Below, piece by piece: positions 52,437 through 64,000 of a stretch of 64,000 nucleotides of DNA. The stretch's first letter is position 1. Every line of letters begins with the position of its first letter. A program made the translations under genes and the position numbers. The stretch comes from Thalia democratica (taxonomy: Eukaryota), in assembly GCA_965202585.1 (NCBI GenBank), contig OZ241832.1, positions 56,978,001 through 57,042,000 on the forward strand. The letters are read 5' to 3'. The notes below the pieces were generated by a model, which was not told the origin of the DNA, did not search any database, and saw only the letters and a program-made list of their open reading frames with translations.

Positions 52437-55400
52437 ATTTTGAGTTTTTGTTGATGTCAAACAAATGTTATAAGTTTTAGTAAACACAAAAATAATATAT
52501 GAACACAAATTTGAGGTGTTATACATAGTAAACCATTAATTTGCATGCTATATGATTGATACTAAAATATGATTTGTTTTACAAAAATCAAACTTAAAAT
52601 ACTAAAAAAATAAGTCCTTAGTTTTTACCTTATAAGTGAGTGTTAAATCAATTAGATGTTATAAAATGCTTTAAACAACCAAGCAAGAAAGCTACAAATA
52701 CATTTTACACAGTTAAGCCCTGTATATATAATTATATAATTTAGTACGATATTAAGTAACTTTTAACAACCTTATATAAGCAGCAAAATTAAAACTAAAT
52801 TGATTTATTACACAAAAAAAACCAAAACAATCAGTAATAAACAGCAGGTATCATACAATGCTATATATCTAATGCAAATGTTATATTATTTAGATAAAAC
52901 CTTTTCACACACGCATCAATATAATTAGGTAATGGTTTACTAAAATCCTTTGTATCAAATTATTAATTGCACAAAGTATTTGTACTGTTTTTTAGCATTT
53001 ATCATACTTGACATTTGTTTCATTTATGTAACAACTTTTCTTGATGATTTATTTAAAAGCTCTACTGAACTCTCGAAAATAAACTTGTTTTTTGTTTAAA
53101 GTGAATATGTTTGTCTAGTCAAAAATTTTACTTTTGTTTGAAAAGTTTTCTGGAACAAAAGTTACACTTTGTGAGCTGTAACCGAGATTTTTGAAGTAGT
53201 GAAAAGTTCATTTATTTGAAAAATAAATGTTTGTCGCTGGTCGGTATTGTGCTAACATGACTATTTGCTTCATCTTGGCTTGTTATGACAAGTAATGAAA
53301 GGATATTAAAATCGAATGGAGTTCTTAGTTCTGATAAAAATTAAAAATAAATAATGCTAAAATTTAAAGAAATTTAGTTATGACTTAATTTTTTTGAATT
53401 AGCATGTCATAATAACCATAAGTAACATATTTAAAGACGTTTAGTTTAAAAATTCATTTATCAAAAACAAACATGTAAAAATGTTCTTTACTTGAGCTCG
53501 TACATTGTACTGACTGTATTTTGACAAATTTACATCAAATACTTGATAATGTTCTTTTTTAACTGCGTAATTTTAAGTTCGTTTTTTTTTAATAAATTTT
53601 TATAAGTAAAATATTAGTTAATAACTTTTTAACTTACATGAAAAGTAAATGAAAATTTCCTTATAAAAAAGATAAAATTAAACAAAGTTATTTACTAGTT
53701 GAGCTTTAACAAGATGTAAACAATTTTACATACTGTATAAAATTAATATTGCTACTCAAAGTTAGAAACTAACTTAGTTTAACAAAGCTAAACTTTTAAA
53801 AACAAAGTTTTCAATGTTTAATTTGTTCAAACTATTCCTTATTAACAATATAAATTGTTGATTTATTTATGTACGTTTATACATCAGGTAGTTAATAAAG
53901 AATTTTTTTTTATTTAAATTTCAGTCTAATAAAACAAGTTAACGTAAATTTTTGGTGAAAAATGATATTTATTAAAATTGCGTAGTTTTTAACTTTTAAG
54001 TTTTTTAAAATAAATTCAAAAATAAAAAATAATTTTTTAATTTTCAACTACATGTCCATGCGTCTGGTTTTAAGAAATAAAAAATATTTAAGAGGAAATA
54101 TTTTTAAATACTAAATTTAAGGAATTTTTTGATAACACTCAACTTTAAACTCAAATACTTTCAAGGACGTACAATAATTTTATCATTTCCATTTTTTTTT
54201 TTAACTCTAAAGAAAGCCAGCTTGATTTTTTCTACTAAAGTAAAAAACGGTATTATTTTATTTTAGTTGAAATAAACTGAGTTAAATATTAATGTATAAT
54301 ACAAGCAAAAAATATCACTGCTAACAAAGTTGTAACTAGTTAGATTTTGTAAAACTTAAATTAAACTTAAGGTTAATATTTACTTAGCAAAAAAAAACGA
54401 TAAATAATCCAGCCCTAAATGAATATAACTAAAAACTTGACTGTTTACTCTACAAATTAAACAGAAAAAATATTTATTTATAAAACAGACCAATTTTCAA
54501 TTTTTTTTTAACTTTAAGTTAACTTTTAAACTAGTATAATTCTGTTAGGTTTTGTTAATTTTAAGTGCACGATTGCAACATATTTAAACAAAAATAAGCT
54601 CGAGTTTTTATTGAAAAGTGAAAAAGCATTTTTTAAATGTCAACTACAAGTTTTTCGCTGTAAAATGAAGCATTTTTAAAGAAATTTAAAACGAGTAAGA
54701 CTTTTAAACAAATTTGAATTCTAAAAAGCTGCAAACTTTTCAGATTTTGACACTTTCAATTTCAAGTTTTTTAATTTTTGTTAATGTTAAACAAATTTCA
54801 TAAGTTTTAGTAAACTAAAAATTAAACATAAACACAAATTTGAGATGTTATACATAGTAAACCATAAATTTGCATGCTAAACTTAAAATACTGAAAAAAT
54901 AAGTATTAAATTTTCACCTTATTAATGAGTGTTAAATATATTGGATGTAATAAAGTGCTTCAAACAACCTAGAATGAATGCAACAAAATAATTGTTATAC
55001 AATTTAGCCCTGTATATATAATTGTACAATCTAGTACGATATTAAGTAATTTTTAACAACCTTATATAAGCAGCAACATTAAAACTATATTATTGTTTTA
55101 TTATACAAAAACCCCAAAAAAGTCAGTAATAAACAGCGGGTATCATACAATGCTATTGATCTTATGCAAATTTTATATGATTTAGATAGACCTTTTCACA
55201 TACGCATCAATATAATTAGGTAATGGTTTACTAAAATCCTTTGTATCAAATTATTAATTGCACAAAGTATTTGCACTGTATTTTAGCATTTATCATACTT
55301 GACATTTGTTTCATTTATGTAACAGGTTTTCTTGATGATTTATCTAAAAGCTCTACTGAGCTCTCGAAAATAAACTTTTTTTTGTTTAAAGTGAATATGT

Positions 55401-57090
55401 GTGTCTAGTGAAAAATTTTAATTTTGTTTGAAAAACTTTCTAGAACAAAAGTCACACTTTGTAAACTTTAACCGAGATTTTTTAAGTCGTGAAAAGTTCA
55501 TTTATTTGAAAAATAATTGTTTGTTACTTGGTATTGTGCTAACATGACTATTTGCTTCAGCATGGCTTGTTATGACAAGTAATGAAAAGATATTAAAATC
55601 GAATGGAATTCTTATTGCTGCTAAGAGTTAAAAATAAATAACGCTAAAATTTGAAGAAATTTAGTTGTGATTTAATTTTCTAGAATTAGTATTTTATAAT
55701 AATCATAAGTAGTGTATTTAAAGACGTTTAGTTTGAAAAATTCGTTAATAAAAAATAAACTTGCAAAAGTTTTTCTTTACTTAAGCTTATACTTTATACT
55801 GACTAAATTTTAATAAACTCACATCAAATACTTGTATATAAATCTTATTTAACTGCGTAGTTTTAAGTTCGTTTTGTTTTAAAACAAATTTTCATAGTCA
55901 AGATTTTACTTAATAACTTTTTAACGTACATAAAAGTAAACGACAATTTCCTTAAAAATAAAAATAGATTTAAACATAGTTATTTACTAGTTGAGCTTTA
56001 ACAAGATGTAAATAATTTTACATATTGTATAAAAATAATATTGCTACTCAAGGTATAAAAAACTATCAAGCTAAATTTTGAAAAACAAAGTAATCAAGGT
56101 TTATTTTGTTCAAACTATATTTTTGTTACAGACATAAACTTTAGATCTATTTATGTGTGTTTATACATACGTCAAATAGTTAAAAAAGAAAATGTTTTAT
56201 TTAAATTAAAGTCTAATAAAACAAGTTCACGTAAAACTTTGTGAAAAAATTATATTTATTAAAATCGCGTAGTTTTTGGATTTTTAAGTTTTTTACATTA
56301 AATTCAAAAAGCTTAATTTATTTTTTGAATTTTCAAATACATGTTCATGCGTCTGGTTTTAAGAAATATAAAATTTTTTTGAAGCAATATTATTCTTTAC
56401 CTAATTTAAAAAATTTTGTGTTTTGATAACACTTAACTTTAAAATCAAATACTTTCAAGGACATACAAAAATTTTATCATTCCCATTTTTTTCAAACTCT
56501 AAAGAAAGCCAATTTGATTTTTTCTACTAAAGTAAAAAACGATATTATTTTATTCTAGTTGAAATAAACTGAATTAATTAGTAATGTATAATACAAGCAA
56601 AAAATATCACTGCTAAGAAAGTTGTAATTAGTTAGATTTGGTAAAACTTAAATTAAACTTAAACCTAATTTTTAATTAACAAAAAACGATAAATATTGCA
56701 GTCTTAAATTAATATAAGTAAAAACAATTGGCTGTTTACACTACAAATTAAACCAAAAAAACTCTTTATTTAGAAATAGATCAATTTTCAAATTTTTGTT
56801 TAACTTAAAGTTTACTTTGAAAATAGTTTAATTTTGATATGTTTTATTAATTCAAAGTGCGCGATTGTGACATATTAAAACTAAAACAAGTTCGAGTGTT
56901 TATAGAAAAGTTAGACAGGATTTTTTTTAAACTACAAATTTTTCGCTGTAAAATGAAGCATTTTTGAAGATATTTAAAACAAGCAGGGGTTTTTATAGAA
57001 ATTAAAAATAAGTAAAGCTCTTAAACAAATTTGAATTCTAAAAAAATCGTACACTTTTTAGATTTAGACACTTTTAACTTAAATTTAATT
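52437..57090. repeat. ~2.3 kb tandem duplication inside unit 3 (about 52437-54765 and 54766-57090)
   Basis: After the equivalent of copy-1 position ~16355 the sequence restarts at the equivalent of ~14017 (TTTTTTAATTTTTGTT.ATGT.AAACAAAT at 54766). Confidence 0.88.
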
Positions 57091-58871
57091 TGTAATTTTA
57101 AGTCAAATTTACAAGTTCTCAAAAAATATTTAGAAATTGTGCCAACTAAATATTTTGCAAGATTATATTTCGTGTTTTGTAATGACTTAAGTTAAAAGAC
57201 AAGAAAAATTAATATGATATACTTTTAATTTTAAAAGTATTTGAAACTTGTTTGTTTGGTAAATCCAATCGAACACAGTGTTTTTTGATTAACTTTTAGA
57301 ACTTTTGTTTAATTTTTAAGCAAAGTTTTGCTGAACTTACTAGCCGTAAAAAGCTTGTTTAAAAAGCACACATAGTGTGAAATTAGTTTTAATATTTTTT
57401 TTATTTAATTTTTTTGTTTAATTACCTGGTTTCGGTAGAACAAATCAAACTTTTGCTATTTTCAAAGCAGTTTTATAACTGGAAAAGTTCGCTTTATTAA
57501 AGCAGATTGAATGAAACAGTAACAAAACCAACAAAAGTGTAAGAAATATTTTGAATTTGTAAACTAAAATAGTAGTGTAAATAAAAAAAAAACTAATAAA
57601 CATAACTATTTACAAAAAAATAATAAACAGCATGCATTTTACATTTTTGTATACAAGAACAACTTCTCTTTGTAGTATCAATGTATTTCGATTCTTATTA
57701 AAAAATCTCGTATCGATTTACACTTATAGGATGAATTTGCACCTAGTTTAACATTAATCACGGTTTACATTAATTCTATTTATTTTGCATTTGGTATTTT
57801 TTTTGAAAGTTATACTAATCTCGTGATACCTGTTTCTTTAAAGTAAATGTCAGCAAAATCAAACTTAGTGCTTTTTGATTTTGTAAAAATGTGATTCTTG
57901 TTCAAAACATTTTGTAGAGCAATTGTCATAAAACTTTCTTTAACCTTTCTTTATAACACATTTTTAGTTTCTACAAGCTTAGTTTCTTACTAAAAGCAGT
58001 TAAAGTTTTAATTGTTTTATATTAAATTATAAACTGAAGAAAAACAAGTGATTATTTTGATAGAAGTTGTTTTTTATACGTAATAATATTTCACAATTAG
58101 CATAATGACAGCGGAAGTTATATAAACAAAGAATAAAATATCCATACATATGTTGATGTTTTATTCTTGACTTTTTAATACTCGTGTTTTGTAATGATTT
58201 AAGTTAAAAGACAAATTAATATGATAAATTAAAAAGGTATGTTGTTTCGTATCAGAACAAGAAATACTATCGAAAACGAATGGCTCAATCGTATTCTTCA
58301 TGCAACGTTTTTATTTCAAGTACAAAATAACATGTAAAAAAGGTTCCATGCAAACTTTGAAAGTACGAACACCTTTCATTACATGAAAATATATTTTGCC
58401 CATTTTTAATATCTTTAAACTTGTACAGTTAGTAGAACTGTTGGTGCTGTTACCACGAAAACCAAGACTTGCATGCTGTTCTTTGAAGTCTTGTTATTAT
58501 TTCAATGGTTGAAACCACTCCTAAAGTAAGTAAGAAGCGATTTTTTTTTTGGTAAAACTTGCATTAAACAACAAAAAAATTTGTTCAAACAAAAATTGCA
58601 ATGTGATAAATCGTTCTGCGTTAAAACTTAGTAGTTGCAAAAGTTTGTTGTAAACACTTTAAATATCAATAAGTGTTCACTTGTTCATGATAAATACTAC
58701 AGGTAACATTTAAAATATAGTTAGTACTTTTTTTTTGTTCTACGTAATCAACTGCAAAACACATAAAATAAAACACAAGCTACAGTAGCATGCTCTGTTT
58801 GGTTGCATGACAAATCAAATTTTAACAATTTAAACTAGGAAAGTTCAAATTATTTAAAAAGTTATTTAAGA

Positions 58872-59133
58872 GACCATATCTAAAAAATTTTATATATATA
58901 TAAAAAAATTTAAATACGTGTGTTGGTTTTTATAATATCTACAAACTATTTCTTTTAGTTTCATATATTTTTAAAGATACTTTAAAACTACTAAAAATGT
59001 ATATATTCTAATATTCATTTTAGCCATACCTCAAAATGTATTGAAAATTTTGCAATAAAAGAAAAATAGCTTGTGTATAATAAGATCTACATATCCTTTT
59101 TTTTTAATATACATTACTTTTTGAGTTGTGGCC
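58872..59133. mobile_element. Old degenerate inverted-repeat element (MITE-like relic)
   Basis: GACCATATCTCAAAAAGTAATGTAT in unit 1 (18167-18191) is close to the reverse complement of ATACATTACTTTTTGAGTTGTGGCC in unit 3 (59109-59133). Both units keep decayed versions of both arms. No target duplication identified. Confidence 0.35.
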
Positions 59134-62100
59134 CTTATTTTTGTTTACTTTAAACTGTCGGAATTTGAATAGACGTGCAACCGAACTTACTACCGATTTA
59201 TTAAATAAATTAAAAAAATAACTCTAAATTTAAAAATTTTCAGTAAATTCTATAAATTCTAAGGTTAATAGAGCTTTAATAAAACATCACAAGTTTATAT
59301 TTTTCTTAAATAGTTATTAAGTCATATAAAGTTCACACAGTTTCGCAGAATTTATAAATTAACAAATCAAACTTTTACATCATTTTTGACCAGAACCCAA
59401 ATTTTAAATTTAAGTCAGTGCAATTGCTCTGCCTATTTTTACTGGTTTTTTATTCTAGAAAATAACAAAAAAATGCTTTTCACCCAGATACTTGCCATAA
59501 CAAATGCTGCTTTCAATAGCGGACTTGCTGACATTCGTTTATGAGTAAACAAAAACGGCGTTTTTGGTCGTCAGAAAACTTTATGACATTTACACATCTG
59601 ATTTTAATGAGCAGAGGTTGGTGGTGATGGAAAGTTCTGAGGAGATTCATCAAGATCACCTTTACGATTGTTCATACGCTCTGCGAAGTAGAGGCACGTT
59701 GCAGCTGGTTGTTTGAAATGTGACGATTTCACGCGTTTCAGCGTTGATAAAAGTTGTTTGAAAACATTAGTGGTTGTTGTGAGTTTTTATGTTTACTGTA
59801 CGGTTAAATTATTATACTGATAACCAGTTTGACAAGTGGTATTGAACTGTAGAAAATAAGTTTAGTTGAGGCCTAAAGATTAACTGACCAAGATTAACAT
59901 GTATACTTATACTATACAAATTTTAATAATCTTTCAGATGCTTTTTAGATTAAGAAAGCATTTAGCAACTTTTCATATTTGAGCAGTTATATAAAGGGGT
60001 GTCGGGTTGTAAACATCTTTTCAGAACCAACCAAAGAAGAAATAAATTATGTTTAAGTATTTTAAACTTACAAATTTAAATAAAACTTTTTTATTTAACC
60101 AAACAACGTGGAGAAAATACTAATTTAAACGTAGTTTTTAAAATCAGTTAGCTTATAAACGTTTTAGTGTTATTGATACATCCGAAACATGTTTACCTAT
60201 ATATACATATCAAGTATTGGAACTTGTAAACTTTATTTAAAACTTTAAGTTTTAAATTATATACAACAAATTTACAATTTAGACCAAGAAAAATTAGCTC
60301 AGTATTTGGATACGAAGCTTTTGTGAAGTTTATATTAATTGTACAATAAAAAAAAAATTGAAGCGTTTTTTAATTTGTTAAACAGGAGTTTGAAAATCCA
60401 TTTTGTCAACAAAAAAATATTACACAACATCAGACAACCTTAAAAAGAACAATTTTTTATTTTAGAAATTTTTCAATTAAACTGCTCTTTTATCATTAAT
60501 TTCTGAATGTCAATGCCAATTAAAGCCTTGTTGGGCGATTTTATTTGTTCTCAATCTTACATAAACTTCAATTATTGTTTACCAAAAAAAAAATAAAGAA
60601 ACGACTCTCTATCCTGAGTTCGTATTTTTTACTTGTTGTACTTTTACCAAAATCAAAAACTATATTTTTAAACATCTGCGCGCACGAGGAATGAAAAATT
60701 TCCACACTGTTGTTAAAAATTAGACTCTTTGCATAAGATCATTTTGTTTCCAATAATTAAGTTTGACGTGTACTGCTTTGCTCGTTTGCTGACGTTTTTT
60801 CTTTTTGTTTTTTTTTTGTCAATTACGTGTTTGCCTCCGTTTGTGACGAACAGCAAAACCGTTTGTGACGTTTGTGCTGCTTCAAGGTTATTGTTTGCAA
60901 ACACAAGCCGCTTTAATATTAATAGAACATTCTAATTTCTTAATTTGCTTTATTTTTTCTGATTTCCAAAACATAACTTTATAAGAATACTTTGCCTTAA
61001 ATGTGTAGCAGAAGTTACTTTAAAAAGATATCAATTTAACAAGAGCAAAACTAAACATAAATAGTTCTCAAGTTTACTTTTTATACTAATTATTTAAACT
61101 GTTTTTTTTTAATCATTTAAATATTTCTGTCAACCTCAAAGAAATCACATACCTCTTTGAATTTTCAATATCGATCAACTTTTAGCTGCAAACAATATAT
61201 TAATCTTTGTATGTTTATACTGGTTGACATAAAGTTATCGATCAAATTAGATACGTAGTAAAATCAAGTTTGTATTGATAATTGCAGAGAAAAATAGATT
61301 TAAAAAAGTCGTAAAAACAACGACATCGCCAGAAATAGAACTTACTGAAAATTAAAATAAACTTAGAGATTTATTTTGAATTAGAAATGGTTCTAAACAC
61401 GTTTAAAGTTTGAATTTAGACTAAGAGTACCTTATCACATATATTTTATATATATATATATATCAATCTAGATAAGGTACACATAAGTATACTTGATCTA
61501 GATTGATGCATACACAGTGTATTGATTAAATAAAAAAAAAGTTTTTAATTTTTTTAAACTAAAACTTTCAAGTAGTTGTTTTAGATAAACTACTAAATTA
61601 TTTAGGTAAAATTCTACAATTATTAACCACAGATAATGAAAGGCCTTTGCAAGTTAGTTTAAATCTACTAAAAAGTTTATAGTAATAAAAAATCTTAACT
61701 TATATCATAACAGTAATTAAGATTTTAAGACTCGATAACAAAAATCATTAATGATGAATTATTTAAAATACTAAAAAAACTTTAAAAACTACTCTTTAAT
61801 ATAGCCTAGCCCGAAAGTTTCAAATGTAAGGTTTGTTTAATCATTTATCAATATACTTATTGTTCATTCTAACGATTAAACATTTCTAACTTATGTTTTA
61901 AATTGTTACCATGTAATGTGTAGTAATTTATTCATAAGTAAAATTTTGCTGAACATTTGGGCGCTAATATTTATCTAAGTTTATAATCAGTAATTTTTTT
62001 TTGTACTTTTAAACAAAGTTTCTAAAGTTTTCTATCTTTATCTTTTTATAACTTTTATAACAAAATTATAAAGTTAAAGGTTATTTTGAACATTTTACAG

Positions 62101-64000
62101 TTTAATACACTGCTAAAGAGTATTATTTGCAACGTTCGTTGTTTATTTAATTGAACGTAATAGAAAATGAACTTCTGTAAAAAATGTTAAAAGGTAATCA
62201 GGTGGTGTACGACTCGATAACCGAAAGGTTTTTTCGTACACCAGGTCCTAGTACCAAACATTTTGAGCGCTTATTATTTTCGTTCAATAAAAAATGTTAC
62301 TTTAACTTTTTATTTTACACTTTATTTGAATAAGTTCTAAATATGTATTTATTTTAGTTAGAACTCAAATGTTTGTCGTTTTACTTCTAATTTAAACTTA
62401 CCAGAGCCTTTAGATTTATCTTTAAGCTAAGTTTAAAACTAATTAAAAGTGTAAAAATATATTACTATTTGTTCAGATTTTTTTTCTTAAAAAGGGCGAC
62501 ATCATTAATCTGAAGATGCCATACAAGTATGAACATCGAAAAACTTAAAATAAAGTTTTTATTTGAAAACACTTAAAAACTTTCATTAATAAATACAGAG
62601 ATATCCTTTAGAAGTTTGGTTTGTTTTTTGATTCAAAACACTTTTAAACCAAAAGAAAAAAAAATATTGATACTATATATTTTTAGAAGTTTTCAACCCT
62701 TAAAACACTTTTACTGAAAAAAAATATTTTTTATTAAGCATATTAAAAGTATGAGAGTACAATAACAAATTTTTTGTGTATCGTTTTTTGTAACCAGTTC
62801 ATTTAAAAATCTAAAAGTAAAAGAAAAATTTCATAAGATTTAAAACATTTACAGAACCTTATTGTCTTTTTTTATTAGTGTAGTTTTACCTGAAATTAAA
62901 GTTTATTTAACAACACATATAAAAATTTATAAAAAAAAGCTAAAATCATCGACTTTTTCTAGTTACTAAAATTCATGTTTTAAAATAATGTAAAAAAGAA
63001 CGAGGTTATCAATTTATTACCAATTTGGAACCATTTAAGAAGGTAAGTACTAAAGTTGCTATGTCCTTAAGTACTTACATTTTGAAAAATGTTTAAAAAA
63101 ACTAAATTTGTTAACCTACGATGTTTATAAAAGTAGTAAAACATGAGCGTGAATTTAAATTTGTTTTTATTTACACAAAGTTGTCATAAAAACAATTCTA
63201 AAGCTCTATATGGTGTAAACATTGTTTGAAAAAACTAAAAACACATATATTAAGCTTAAGTTCATACAAACGTACACTATGACCAAAAATAGTTTATACT
63301 TCATTTTTATTTTTAGATGTTGATAAGTCGTCAAATTTCATTTCATAGTTTATAAATATTGATAATAAAACTTTTTAGCAGCTTAATATCACTTAAAAAA
63401 TAAGAAAAATAAGTAAAAATATAAAACTTTATCAAACTTTAAAAAGAAGTTTACTGTTTTATGTGTTATGAAATAAACTTACTTCTTAAAAATTATAAGT
63501 GTAAAAACAACGTAAAACTTCAACTAAAAACTTTTAAATTTTAACGTTGATATTTAAGTTAATTTTAGATAGACAAATATATCATAATAAGTGAAAATAA
63601 TGTAATAATTTAGCTAAAAACTTTAATTATAAGAATATCGATAAATTTTTTTGAAAGAAACGACTTATTTTTTAAGAAAAAGTCAAGTATTTTTCTTACT
63701 CTTTATAAATCAGTCGGCAAATTACGAACCATTAACCAAAATCTACAAACAACAGCTTAACTTTCGTCAAAGCAATATGTGCAAAATATCTTATGTAAAG
63801 TTTTTATTGTAGCAAACTTCTATTCATTTATTTATGAGTAAGTAGTGGTGGTAATTTAATCAAAGAAGTTTTTTGTGTCAGTTCTTATTAACGATAACCT
63901 CGCAGGTCAGTAACAATTTTATATTTTTAATCCCGAAAGTTATATGCAAAAGGATTGTTCCAACAATAATTAATCTTTAAAAACAGAAAATAATTGTAAT

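Larger units (their letters stand above)
37035..59632. repeat. Segmental duplication unit 3
   Basis: Colinear with units 1 and 2 (ATG offset 18763 from copy 2). Longer because of a 759-bp MITE and a ~2.3 kb internal duplication. Confidence 0.88.

Noticed and set aside
60660-60935. Two ~65-aa opposite-strand ORFs in a slightly CpG-richer patch
   Set aside because: Low-complexity translations with no splice context; possibly regulatory DNA, but nothing specific can be supported.
1-64000. CRISPR arrays, rRNA, tRNA, prokaryotic operons
   Set aside because: None seen; the window has spliceosomal introns, and its repeats are long segmental duplications without repeat-spacer structure.

Overview
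Very AT-rich eukaryotic (probably invertebrate metazoan; taxon not determinable) genomic DNA. About 93% of the window is a head-to-tail array of three diverged ~17-22 kb duplication units (about 1-18821, 18826-36077, 37035-59632), followed by ~4.4 kb of unique sequence. Each unit carries one minus-strand gene with 8 coding exons, which I reconstructed by hand from GT-AG sites and matching phases. It encodes a ~570-580 aa type II membrane protein: short basic/Cys-rich N-terminal tail, one TM helix, and an ectodomain of tandem MAM-like domains. Copies 1 and 2 are intact; copy 3 has a 1-nt frameshift in exon 2. Copy-specific insertions are a 5'-truncated Penelope-like retroelement (GIY-YIG end, inverted 5' junction, minimal hammerhead ribozyme) in copy 2 and a TA-flanked Tc1/mariner/pogo-type MITE in copy 3. 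The units are mosaics: near-identical tracts, a 2.3 kb internal duplication made of a copy-2-like half and a copy-1-like half, and a 2.3 kb deletion that breaks at nearly the same site. No rRNA, tRNA or CRISPR features were seen. Most ORF-track entries outside the exons and the retroelement look like shadow or chance ORFs. All similarity statements are by eye; nothing was computed or searched.
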